Positions 49,651 to 58,788 of a DNA stretch of 64,000 bases are shown here, one piece after another. Positions within the stretch are counted from its first letter, which is position 1. Each line of letters opens with the position of its first letter. A model generated the notes under the pieces. The model saw nothing but the letters and a program-made list of their open reading frames with translations, had not been told where the DNA came from and searched no databases. Where the stretch lies: positions 21,062 through 85,061 of the forward strand of contig MEUE01000001.1 of the NCBI GenBank assembly GCA_001771585.1, given 5' to 3'. The position numbers were made by a program, and so were the translations under genes. The stretch is from a candidate division WOR-1 bacterium RIFOXYB2_FULL_46_45 (lineage in GTDB: Bacteria > Margulisbacteria > WOR-1 > XYC2-FULL-46-14).

Positions 49651-49993
49651 GGTATTTTGCTATTTTTTGGAGCAGATCGGCCGGTTGGAACGGTTTCGAA
49701 ATATAATCGAGAGCTCCGGCGGCGAAGGCCTTCTTAATTACTTCACCGTCTTCATGAGCCGTCAGCATGATGAACTTGGTCCCTTTTTTCAATTTCTGGG
49801 CAACGGCAAAGCCGTCGATATCGGGCATGACGATATCAAGAAGAATAAGGTCCGGGTTTTCTCCCGCCTTTTTGATCGCCTCGGCTCCGTTCTTCGCTTC
49901 AATCACCTGGTATCCTTTGGCGGTCAGCAAGTCCTTGATGATTTTCCGGTTTGGATCCTGGTCGTCGGCTACAAGAATTTTTTTAGCGGACAT
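49643..49993 (-). CDS. Single-domain response regulator (CheY-like receiver)
   Basis: KILVADDQ is followed by the phospho-acceptor Asp in LILLDIVMPDIDGF and by LTAHED. The protein is 116 aa. Confidence 0.85.
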   Translation of the reverse strand: MSAKKILVADDQDPNRKIIKDLLTAKGYQVIEAKNGAEAIKKAGENPDLILLDIVMPDIDGFAVAQKLKKGTKFIMLTAHEDGEVIKKAFAAGALDYISKPFQPADLLQKIAKYLG

Positions 49994-50041
49994 AGTTTAC
50001 TCCTTTCTTGGTTGGCAATATTATAGCATACTGGCGTAAAT

Positions 50042-53000
50042 TTACGCGTTCACCAGATTACTCGCATCCCTATAATGCTCGTAAACAAAGTTATAAACTT
50101 CGATTTTCTTTATTTCACAATCTTGCTCTGTATAAGTTGGTTCCGGCAGTTTTTCATACAAAAGATCAGAAATGGTAGTTTTGACTCCTGCCCTATTTGG
50201 CTCAAAATCTCGCCAGTGAGAAACCAAAAGCGGCTTGAGATTTATAAGCAATTCATGAGATGTACCTTTTATGCAAGCAACTTCATCGGGATTGAGATTA
50301 TCTTTGATAAGCAGATCAAAAATCGCTAACTCCTCTTCGGTCATGTTTTCTCTGGCAGCGCGTTGTTCTTCTTCACTTAGATCTTTTGCCAAATCGATGA
50401 GATCTTCAAAAAGCTGGTCAATGTCATGGGCGCCGCTATTATATTCTTGCAAGAGAGAAATAAGCCTTTCCATAAATTTGGCCCGTTTTTTGTTTTTTCT
50501 AACCATTTCCGCTATTTTCTTTTTAAGTTCGGCACTCATACAAGCTACTTGCATATTCTTGTTTTCCAGCCCGGCAAAAAAAGCCTGAAGGGCATTGGCA
50601 TCAAGCAAGCTCAAATCTTTTATCTTTTTGTGCTGTGGAATGACATATTCACCCGCCTGGATAGATTTATCCAGCAAATCCTCTAAATCTTTTTTTACCT
50701 GGGAAACGTCCACGCTTTTTGCTCCCACATCGCGGATACGAGATGCCAAAACACGGACAGCTGTTACTTCGCGGCAATAATCTTCCGCGTTGGGATCAGG
50801 CAAGACCGAACGATAAGCGCTTTGCAAATCACTGGAAAGATTAAGAAACTTTTTCTTGTTTTCCTGGACGCCAATAATTTTGTCGGCATATTGTTCCAGG
50901 ATCAGCAATTTCTGCTCGCTCGGCGCTGCCAATAAAGGCTCAAGCTCCATTTTCTCTCCCCGCATAAATTCCTTTGCATTACGCAACGCCTTTTTCAGAT
51001 CAGTAAGCAACTCGTCTTTACTCCGAATAATTTCATCCTCATCCGTTCCGGTGGCCGCATATAAAGCCAAAGCACGCTCAATATTTTTAAACACGCCAAT
51101 ATAATCCACGATTAAACCGTTTTTCTTCCCTTCATCAGCAACACGGTTAGCGCGCGCGATAGTTTGCATCAAGGTATGGTTTTTAAGCGGCTTATCCAAA
51201 TAAAGAGTGGAAAGATTGGGCACATCAAAACCGGTCATCCACATGGCACAAACAAAGATAATGCGCAGATTGCTATTAGCCTTCTTAAACTCCTCTTCCA
51301 GATTACCATGGATTATCCGCTCTCTAATCGGTCGGACATCAATTTCATACTGTTCCATATCGCTAATTTCGTTTTGGTTGTCGCCCAAGCTGACCATAAC
51401 TGCCATATCCACTTTTTCGTATTGCTCCAGTTTGGCAAGGATCTTTTCCTGCTCGCGCTCGTCGGCAACGCGGGAAAGATCCATGCGCAATTTTGCAATA
51501 TAACGGCCCCATTCTTTTTTTACTTTGTCATACATCCTGAAAGCGGTCTTTTTATCAATGGATACCACCATTGCCTTGCCATCGTATCCCCGCCCCACAA
51601 AGTGCTCCACAATATCGCGGGCAATAGTATTAAGCCGGTCTTCACGGGTAACAATTTCATAAAAAGTGGAGTATTCCCTTTCCAGTTTTTCCTCTTCATC
51701 CTCATCAAGGTCATACCTGTCCAGCAATTGCCCTAATTGAACTTCCAGGTTTTCATTAACATTTTTGAGGCGCGGAACCCGATTCTCGTAAAAGAGCGGA
51801 ACGGTTGAACCATCAGCCACTGACTGTCCAAAGTTATAAACGGAAACATACTCGCCAAAAGTTTTGATTGTTTCCGGCTCATTAGCAGCCATCAATGGGG
51901 TACCGGTAAAGCCGATAAAAGAAGCGTTAGGCAGGGCCCGGCGCATATTAAGAGCCATTTGATCATACTGGGTGCGGTGCGCCTCATCGGTCATAACGAT
52001 TATGCTGTCGCGCGTGGAAATTGGTCCGGAGATATCCTGGAATTTTTGGATAGTAGTAAAAATTTGGCGATGGTCCTCACCCAGCAAAGCGTGAAGATGA
52101 GCGATGCTTTCAGCATGAACCTCTTTTTCATAAACCGCGCCAACATGGGCAAAATTATCATATGCTTGTCCATCCAGCTGCGCCCGGTCAGTTACAATTA
52201 CAAAGGTAAAATTGCCTTCCAATTTACGCAAGACTTTTTGCGACAGCCAGACCATGGAATATGATTTTCCCGAGCCTTGCGTGTGCCAGAAGACGCCAAG
52301 TTTGCCATCTTTTTCGTGACGATCAACGACATTATTAAATGCGCGATTGACCCCAAAATATTGAAAATAGCGCGGGAGTATTTTTTTGACAGAGCCAAGG
52401 GATTCGTCAAACAGCACAAAGTTTTCCAAGATATCAAGCAAGCGTGTTTTGTCGCAAATGCCGTTAATAATTGTTGCTAGGTCTGTTCTGGGTTTATCTT
52501 CTTCCCTTTTCGCCTTTTTCCATTCGTTAAAAAACTCATAAGGAGAGGTAAGGGAGCCAAATTTATTTTCAATGCCGTTAGAAATAATAATTCCCAGGTT
52601 ATACCAAAAAAGCTTGGGGATAGTGCCTTTGTAATCGCGGATATTATCGCGGTAGGCGTCAACCAGGCTTTTGTGCGAAGCTTTTAGTTCCAGGAGCACT
52701 AGCGGAATACCGTTAACAAAGAGGACGATATCCGGGCGTCTGGTATACATGGGGCCAACCACCCAGAGCTGGGAAACACAAAGGAAGTGGTTGTTTTTAG
52801 GGTTTTCAAAATCAAAAAACCGCACCCGATCTATTTTGTTTTGTCCTTTAGTATTAACGGTTTTAACGTTTGCCCCATCGCGCAAGAGCTGATAAACTTC
52901 GTGATTAGCTTTAACCAGGCTTAGGTTGGAGCGATCGCGGATAAGTTCATCTATGGCAATAACGAGGGCGCTTTCGGACAAGTGGGGATTGATCTTTTTA

Positions 53001-53173
53001 AGCGCTGGCATGAGATATTTTTCCAGCACCACTTCACCTTGATTTTTACGGCCAAGCAACAAATCGTTTTCTTCTTTAAAGGTGTCAATATGACAATCTT
53101 TATCCGCCCAAACTTTTTTGATGAGCCTGATAACCGTTTTTTCCACTAAATTAGCTTCGTTAAATTGGGTCAT
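50042..53173 (-). CDS. hsdR: Type I restriction enzyme R subunit (HsdR)
   Basis: The 1043-aa product has an SF2 helicase core with DEAH (VMTDEAHRTQ). Confidence 0.92.
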   Translation of the reverse strand: MTQFNEANLVEKTVIRLIKKVWADKDCHIDTFKEENDLLLGRKNQGEVVLEKYLMPALKKINPHLSESALVIAIDELIRDRSNLSLVKANHEVYQLLRDGANVKTVNTKGQNKIDRVRFFDFENPKNNHFLCVSQLWVVGPMYTRRPDIVLFVNGIPLVLLELKASHKSLVDAYRDNIRDYKGTIPKLFWYNLGIIISNGIENKFGSLTSPYEFFNEWKKAKREEDKPRTDLATIINGICDKTRLLDILENFVLFDESLGSVKKILPRYFQYFGVNRAFNNVVDRHEKDGKLGVFWHTQGSGKSYSMVWLSQKVLRKLEGNFTFVIVTDRAQLDGQAYDNFAHVGAVYEKEVHAESIAHLHALLGEDHRQIFTTIQKFQDISGPISTRDSIIVMTDEAHRTQYDQMALNMRRALPNASFIGFTGTPLMAANEPETIKTFGEYVSVYNFGQSVADGSTVPLFYENRVPRLKNVNENLEVQLGQLLDRYDLDEDEEEKLEREYSTFYEIVTREDRLNTIARDIVEHFVGRGYDGKAMVVSIDKKTAFRMYDKVKKEWGRYIAKLRMDLSRVADEREQEKILAKLEQYEKVDMAVMVSLGDNQNEISDMEQYEIDVRPIRERIIHGNLEEEFKKANSNLRIIFVCAMWMTGFDVPNLSTLYLDKPLKNHTLMQTIARANRVADEGKKNGLIVDYIGVFKNIERALALYAATGTDEDEIIRSKDELLTDLKKALRNAKEFMRGEKMELEPLLAAPSEQKLLILEQYADKIIGVQENKKKFLNLSSDLQSAYRSVLPDPNAEDYCREVTAVRVLASRIRDVGAKSVDVSQVKKDLEDLLDKSIQAGEYVIPQHKKIKDLSLLDANALQAFFAGLENKNMQVACMSAELKKKIAEMVRKNKKRAKFMERLISLLQEYNSGAHDIDQLFEDLIDLAKDLSEEEQRAARENMTEEELAIFDLLIKDNLNPDEVACIKGTSHELLINLKPLLVSHWRDFEPNRAGVKTTISDLLYEKLPEPTYTEQDCEIKKIEVYNFVYEHYRDASNLVNA

Positions 53174-54666
53174 AATTTTTGAGAAAAATAATTACATGCT
53201 TCTAATAGAAACTGTTCGAATTCGACAAGCCAATTATTAAAATCATCATTATTCAACATTTCCTTATAAAGCTGATTAAAAACTTCGTTTTCAGTTATAG
53301 AGATCGACGCCTCAACACATCTAGAAAATAAAATATGGGCAGGAGAATGATCTAAATGATATTGCAAATTTGCATTCGGATATTTATTTAAGTAATTTCT
53401 CAGCAAAAATTTTTCTGGGGGGTCACCAGAAAAGAGAAAACTTATTCTATCATCGGTTCCGATTATTGCTGAATAAACATCTCTCTTATCTCCATCAAAA
53501 ACCGCAGCATATCCAATATTTATTTTTGAAAGACCCCAAGTTCTCTTAAATACATCATAATTTTCCTTGACTTGTTTATCCGAACCAGAAAGAACAACGT
53601 TAATGTGTCTGTGTATATCACGATAACCTTTGTTTTGTAATGATTCCAGTGCTTTATTTATTATTCTTAGAGATACCGGATCTTCATAAAATAGATTTAA
53701 AAGTGGAAATATCTGAGAATCCATCTTTGAAAAAGCCGCATTAACACTAATTCTTTGAATTGAACGAGAATCATTGTTTTCCTTTTTTTCTATAAAAATA
53801 CGCGACTCATGATCAAAACTTGCAAGAAGCGTTGGCGAGTGCGTCGTAACAATAAATTGTTTTTGATCTTTCAATGCTATGTCCATTAAGACATCTACAA
53901 GTCTTCGTTGGATTTTAGGGTGCAACCCCAACTCTAATTCGTCAATTAAAACAAGAGATTTCTTCTCAGCCTGAACAGAATCAAGCAGGATGGCCAATAA
54001 AACATCTTCTCCAGAAGCTGAATTAAAACTGGTAAAAACATTATTCAGTTTATAACTGGCCTTATTATGATGCCTTGCGATATGAGCAAGCTCAAACGAA
54101 GTTTCAAAAACATACTCAAAATATTCAACAACCCGAGGATCAAGCTGAGTAATCGCTCCAGATGCCTGTGTATTAATAAACAAGACATTTGAACATGCCC
54201 GTGCTGGAGTTATGCGATCCACATCTATATAAATGACTTTTCTGTTTCGTATTTGACTTTCTTTTTTTGCAATCCCACTCCATTTTTTTGTGATAGCTGT
54301 TCTTTTTCCTTCTTTTTCTTCAGCATGCTTACCTATTTTATATTTAATATTATATTCCCAATCAGATGCCTGCTTATCATGTTTGGTAAATTTAACCAAA
54401 CGACCCCAAGTACAACGATTAAATTCCCCAGTCCCAATATCTCTCATTTGAAACTCAAAATGACTGCACGCCAACATAGCCAAAATGCTGGTTTTGCCAA
54501 TTTTATTGGTACCTGTAAGAACAGTTAGTGGATGTATAAAATTTAGATCCAATCTTGATATATTTCGAAACCTTTTTATAATCAATTTATGAGTAAATAG
54601 CGGAAATTGATGTTCATTGTCAAGATCAATATTTTTTAATTGTTGCCGAGTTTTATTAGGATTCAC
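53170..54666 (-). CDS. AAA_21-type ABC ATPase with a C-terminal TOPRIM-like region (RloA/RloB-, OLD- or PARIS-like candidate defence protein) embedded between hsdS and hsdR
   Basis: Walker A is LTGTNKIGKTS, Walker B is LVLIDELELGLHP, and the H-loop is IVTTHSPTLL. The C-terminal ~170 aa carry VVLSGSDK...AVFDGDKRD (TOPRIM-like DxD). It has 4-nt overlaps with both hsdR and hsdS. Confidence 0.55.
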   Translation of the reverse strand: MNPNKTRQQLKNIDLDNEHQFPLFTHKLIIKRFRNISRLDLNFIHPLTVLTGTNKIGKTSILAMLACSHFEFQMRDIGTGEFNRCTWGRLVKFTKHDKQASDWEYNIKYKIGKHAEEKEGKRTAITKKWSGIAKKESQIRNRKVIYIDVDRITPARACSNVLFINTQASGAITQLDPRVVEYFEYVFETSFELAHIARHHNKASYKLNNVFTSFNSASGEDVLLAILLDSVQAEKKSLVLIDELELGLHPKIQRRLVDVLMDIALKDQKQFIVTTHSPTLLASFDHESRIFIEKKENNDSRSIQRISVNAAFSKMDSQIFPLLNLFYEDPVSLRIINKALESLQNKGYRDIHRHINVVLSGSDKQVKENYDVFKRTWGLSKINIGYAAVFDGDKRDVYSAIIGTDDRISFLFSGDPPEKFLLRNYLNKYPNANLQYHLDHSPAHILFSRCVEASISITENEVFNQLYKEMLNNDDFNNWLVEFEQFLLEACNYFSQKL

Positions 54667-54670
54667 ACTT

Positions 54671-55828
54671 TCAACCCCTCTTCCCCGTAACCAACTGGGG
54701 AATTAAAAGATCACGGATTTTGGATAGATTTTGACTTTGATCAAGCAGGTTTGTAATTTTTGACCGGAGCATAGAAACCTTACTCTCAAAGTCTTCTAAT
54801 GTTTTTTTGTCTGGAACAAGTATATTGATCATTCCTACTTGTTTTGAATTTACGCTTTTCCTGGTAGTCCCACTTGATGAACCAACTACAAAGTTTTGAT
54901 ATTTTTCTGATATTAGAAAATAAAACAAAAAATAGCTTGTTAGCCGGCTCTTTATTTTTAATCTCATTAGATATGAGGCAAAAATTGCATCAACCTGCTT
55001 TTCACATATACCTATTTTCCCCGGATCAGCCATACGAATAATAAATATGTCCCCTTTTTGTATTGTGTATCTATTTTTATCATCTGCTTTAATTTCACAA
55101 CACGGCACAGATGACCAATTTATGTATGAAGTCTTATTAATATCCATACCTCGTAAAAACTTAACGCCGGATGTTTTGTCAATTGCTGATGTGGTAAACC
55201 CATATTGTGGTTGTATTAAATCCCCCAACCTCTTCACCCCCCACCCCTCCGGTATCTTGCCATACTCTGTCCCACTATCAACCATCTTAACCTTTTTATG
55301 GCAAGGAAATTTAAACTTCACAAACCACTCGGCATAAAGCCGCTGGGCTATTTCTTCCAGAATTTTGATCCGCTTTTCGTTGTTTTCAATCAGATCGTCG
55401 TAGGTGGAGAGGATGGAGGCGATGCGGGATTGGGTTGGGAGATCGGGACGATATGCAATAATTTGATTTAATAATCTTTGCGTCATTAATGGCTGGGCAG
55501 CGCCACCAGCATATTTATTTAAGTTTAATATCCTTAATAAATAATTGACATATGTCAAATTATTTTCTTCTTCATCAACTTTTGCAACTATTGTATTGTC
55601 AGAAGCCCAAAATCTACTTTTGCACATTTCAACGGATCCACAATAAGCGCCCACTCTACCTATTATTATTGCATTTTCATATTGGTATTCCTCAGATCCA
55701 CCAATGACCCCATTTGAACCAAAAACAGGATATCTCCCCTCTCCTCCAGGCCTTATTGATTTTCCATTAAAGAAATGTAATAAATCCCTTAATCTCACTT
55801 TCTTAAAATTTGCCTTATTTCTTTTCAA
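54671..55828 (-). CDS. hsdS: Type I restriction-modification specificity subunit (HsdS), two target-recognition domains
   Basis: The 385-aa product has HsdS-typical central and C-terminal conserved helices (LDDLIENNEKRIKILEEIAQRLY, LLDQSQNLSKIRDLLIPQLVTGK). Confidence 0.85.
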   Translation of the reverse strand: MKRNKANFKKVRLRDLLHFFNGKSIRPGGEGRYPVFGSNGVIGGSEEYQYENAIIIGRVGAYCGSVEMCKSRFWASDNTIVAKVDEEENNLTYVNYLLRILNLNKYAGGAAQPLMTQRLLNQIIAYRPDLPTQSRIASILSTYDDLIENNEKRIKILEEIAQRLYAEWFVKFKFPCHKKVKMVDSGTEYGKIPEGWGVKRLGDLIQPQYGFTTSAIDKTSGVKFLRGMDINKTSYINWSSVPCCEIKADDKNRYTIQKGDIFIIRMADPGKIGICEKQVDAIFASYLMRLKIKSRLTSYFLFYFLISEKYQNFVVGSSSGTTRKSVNSKQVGMINILVPDKKTLEDFESKVSMLRSKITNLLDQSQNLSKIRDLLIPQLVTGKRG

Positions 55829-55899
55829 TTCTCAACCTCTCCATCCCATGTTTCCTCCCTGACTTTCCAATCAAATAGCCATCAAATGACCTTCCCCAA

Positions 55900-56034
55900 T
55901 TAATATCTTTTGCCATCAGAACCAGTATTCCGGAATTTCCGGATAACTGCCTCCTTTGTCAATTCCGCTGCCAAAAATATGTTTTGCAAGTGCTCACTGA
56001 CTGTACGCACATCAACGCCAAAAAGTTCCTCCAT
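55900..56034 (-). pseudogene. Relic 44-codon fragment of a RhuM-family gene between hsdM and hsdS
   Basis: Translation MEELFGVDVRTVSEHLQNIFLAAELTKEAVIRKFRNTGSDGKRY aligns with the core of the intact RhuM two genes upstream (IALLFGVQRPAITKHLKNIFENGEL...TADDGKTY). It is truncated at both ends. Confidence 0.4.
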
Positions 56035-56040
56035 CCCTTT

Positions 56041-57621
56041 TCATACTACTTCCTTCCAGTCTTTAATTATCTTCTTTTCCAGCTTGTGTGATTCTTCAGT
56101 TAAAGAAGTAAATTCCGTCATTAACTCTTTCATCTTGGCGTCGAAATCAACCTTGCTGACTTCTTTTTCCACAATCTCCACGTAGCGCCCGGGATTAAGA
56201 GAATAGTCATTAGCACGCACTTCATCTAAAGTTGCAACTTTTGAGCGGCCCTTGATATCAGCATATTTTCCCGCGCCCTCTTCCTCACGATATCGCCGCA
56301 CAATACCGGCAATCTCCTGTATCTGCTCATCAGTCCAGGTACTATGAGCACGATCAATTTCAGTATAAATATCCTGGGCGTTAATAAAAAGAATTTTATT
56401 TTGCCTTTTTGTCCCGGCTTTGCGCTTATCAAAAAACCAAAGGGTACAGGAAAGCGTGGCGTTTAAAAACATATTGGTACCAACGGATAAGATAACATCC
56501 ACTATCCCATCCTCAACCATTTTTTGCCGAATAACTTTTTCGGCATTGCCGGCATCGGTCGCCGAATTGGCCATAACAAAGCCTGCCCGGCCTTGAGCAT
56601 TGAGCGCGCTGGCAAAGATTTGCATCCAAAGATAATTGGCGTTACTGATCTCTTTTTTCCCAGTCAGCGGCAAACCAAAATAATAGCGGGGATCACCTTG
56701 GAGACGCGCTTGGTCAATTACAATCTGCTTATTTTTATCTATACCCTTAACATTAAAAGGTGGATTAGCCAAAACAAAATCAAATTTACCTAAACTCTGA
56801 AAGGGATCTTCGTAATATGAATTTGTTTCGGCAATTTTACCGGACAGCCCGTGGATAGCCAGGTTCATTTTAGCGATATGCACATTAGCGGTTGTCTTCT
56901 CCTGGCCGTAGAGCGCGACCTCATTCATAACCCGCGTTTTATTTTTAGCGTGGGCCTCAACAAAATGGGCGGATTGGACAAACATGCCGCCGCTGCCGCA
57001 AGCCGGGTCAAAGATTTTACCATGATACGGCTCAAGGATTTCAACAATTAATTTTACAATCGGCTGCGCCGTAAAAAATTCGCCCCCTTTCGCTCCCTCT
57101 TTGCGGGCAAATTCACCAAGAAAATATTCGTATATTCCACCAAAAGCATCCCCCTCAATATCATCGGGAATTTGGTTAAAATTCTTAAGCAGAGTTACCA
57201 GTATCCGATTGTTTTCATCGGCTTTTTTCGAGAGTGAAGTGTAGTCTTGCGGCAAAACTCCGGCCAGATCGGTATTCTCTGCCTCGATTGCCTTCATTGC
57301 CTCATTAATTGTTTTTCCAATATCTTTGTTCTCGGGCAGGTTCATTAAGTATGAATAGGTGGCAATTTCAGGAAGATACAAAACTCCTTTTGATTTGTAA
57401 TGGTCTGGTGTTAATGGTACTTGCCGAGTACCCTTATTGTTTTTCCGTTCTTCTGCTATTTTTTCTTTGGCTCTTTTGAAGCGGACATCCGCGAATTTAA
57501 GAAAAATTAAACCAAGGATTGGCTCGGATATTTCATTGAGCTTAAGGCTGGAATTTGCCCGAAGTTGCTCTGCTGCAGCCCATAATCTTTCGTGGAGTTG
57601 TTTGCGGCTTGGTAGTAACAT
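56041..57621 (-). CDS. hsdM: Type I restriction-modification N6-adenine DNA methyltransferase (HsdM)
   Basis: The N-terminal HsdM_N domain is present. Motif I is DPACGSGGM and motif IV is NPPFN. Confidence 0.92.
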   Translation of the reverse strand: MLLPSRKQLHERLWAAAEQLRANSSLKLNEISEPILGLIFLKFADVRFKRAKEKIAEERKNNKGTRQVPLTPDHYKSKGVLYLPEIATYSYLMNLPENKDIGKTINEAMKAIEAENTDLAGVLPQDYTSLSKKADENNRILVTLLKNFNQIPDDIEGDAFGGIYEYFLGEFARKEGAKGGEFFTAQPIVKLIVEILEPYHGKIFDPACGSGGMFVQSAHFVEAHAKNKTRVMNEVALYGQEKTTANVHIAKMNLAIHGLSGKIAETNSYYEDPFQSLGKFDFVLANPPFNVKGIDKNKQIVIDQARLQGDPRYYFGLPLTGKKEISNANYLWMQIFASALNAQGRAGFVMANSATDAGNAEKVIRQKMVEDGIVDVILSVGTNMFLNATLSCTLWFFDKRKAGTKRQNKILFINAQDIYTEIDRAHSTWTDEQIQEIAGIVRRYREEEGAGKYADIKGRSKVATLDEVRANDYSLNPGRYVEIVEKEVSKVDFDAKMKELMTEFTSLTEESHKLEKKIIKDWKEVV

Positions 57622-57680
57622 TTACTCTAATTTTACCGTGTTTTGTAGTCATAAACAAGCACCCTCCATCCTACTCCCCC

Positions 57681-58763
57681 TCATCCCTCTTTGCTTCCAC
57701 GCTTCTTCTTCTCAATAGCCAAAAACTTTTTCACCTCGCGGTCAAAATCGGAAATGTAGTTTTTGTCCTGCGCCTGGCGATATTTTTCATATTCTTTCAA
57801 TGCCAGTGTCTCGGCGACTTCGTGTGCAATTTTCCCGGCGTCACCCAATATTTGTTGCTCGTTAAATTTTAGAAATGCGTCTAATTTTGATACCCAGTCC
57901 TTCATATACATAATAATCCCGCGATTAGCCTGCATTTCCGCAAAATCAAGGTACATGGTTACGATCCTATTGAGGTGATCAAGCTCTTTTTCGTTGAGAT
58001 AGTTTTTGGCAATCACCACGTCGGCCTCTCGAATTTTACCCTTTGGAGCATTTTTCCAAACAGTCAGCCCCATATTCACTTTAGTACTATCGGCTCTTTC
58101 GTGGATTATCTCTGCGGCAGTTTTGCCCGTCATGGCAAAGTGAAGCTTGTTTTGCACTGTGGCAAAAAATTGCCTGGTTATGTCGCTGTCTGGGGAATAG
58201 TCCGCACTACACTCCGCGTATATATCGGTAATCTTTTGATACATCCGTCTTTCGCTTGAGCGTATATCTCGTATTCGGGCAAGCTGCTCCTCAAAATAGT
58301 CTTGGCCAAAGATATTGTAAGGATTTTTGAGCCGCTCGTCATCCATGGTAAAGCCTTTGATGATATATTCTTTTAGCCTTTCCGTGGCCCAGATTCGAAA
58401 TTGTGTCGCTTGCGCGCTATTGACCCGATACCCCACGGAGAGAACCGCATCAAGATTGTAAAACTTTGTATTGTACGTTTTTCCATCATCGGCAGTATGT
58501 TCCAAAATGGAACTAACTGAATTTTCATTTAATTCGCCATTTTCAAAGATATTCTTAAGATGTTTAGTAATAGCAGGCCTTTGTACTCCAAATAAAAGGG
58601 CAATTTTGTCTTGAGTAAGCCAAATGTTTTCATCGCGCAAAAATATCTCAACTTTCACTTTGCCATTTGGTGTGGTATAAAGTAAAAACTCCGTAAAACT
58701 GTTGTTGGTAACAATTTGTTGGTTCTTTTTTTTCATAAGCGGTTTATCCTCACTATCTATCAA
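57681..58763 (-). CDS. rhuM: RhuM-family protein
   Basis: KVKVEIFLRDENIWLTQDKIALLFGVQRPAITKHLKNIFENGEL...DGKTYNTKFYNLDAVLSVGYRVNSAQATQFRIWAT is a strong match to the PF13310 RhuM consensus. Confidence 0.8.
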   Translation of the reverse strand: MIDSEDKPLMKKKNQQIVTNNSFTEFLLYTTPNGKVKVEIFLRDENIWLTQDKIALLFGVQRPAITKHLKNIFENGELNENSVSSILEHTADDGKTYNTKFYNLDAVLSVGYRVNSAQATQFRIWATERLKEYIIKGFTMDDERLKNPYNIFGQDYFEEQLARIRDIRSSERRMYQKITDIYAECSADYSPDSDITRQFFATVQNKLHFAMTGKTAAEIIHERADSTKVNMGLTVWKNAPKGKIREADVVIAKNYLNEKELDHLNRIVTMYLDFAEMQANRGIIMYMKDWVSKLDAFLKFNEQQILGDAGKIAHEVAETLALKEYEKYRQAQDKNYISDFDREVKKFLAIEKKKRGSKEG

Positions 58764-58788
58764 TTTTACGCCAATATTGCCAAATTAT

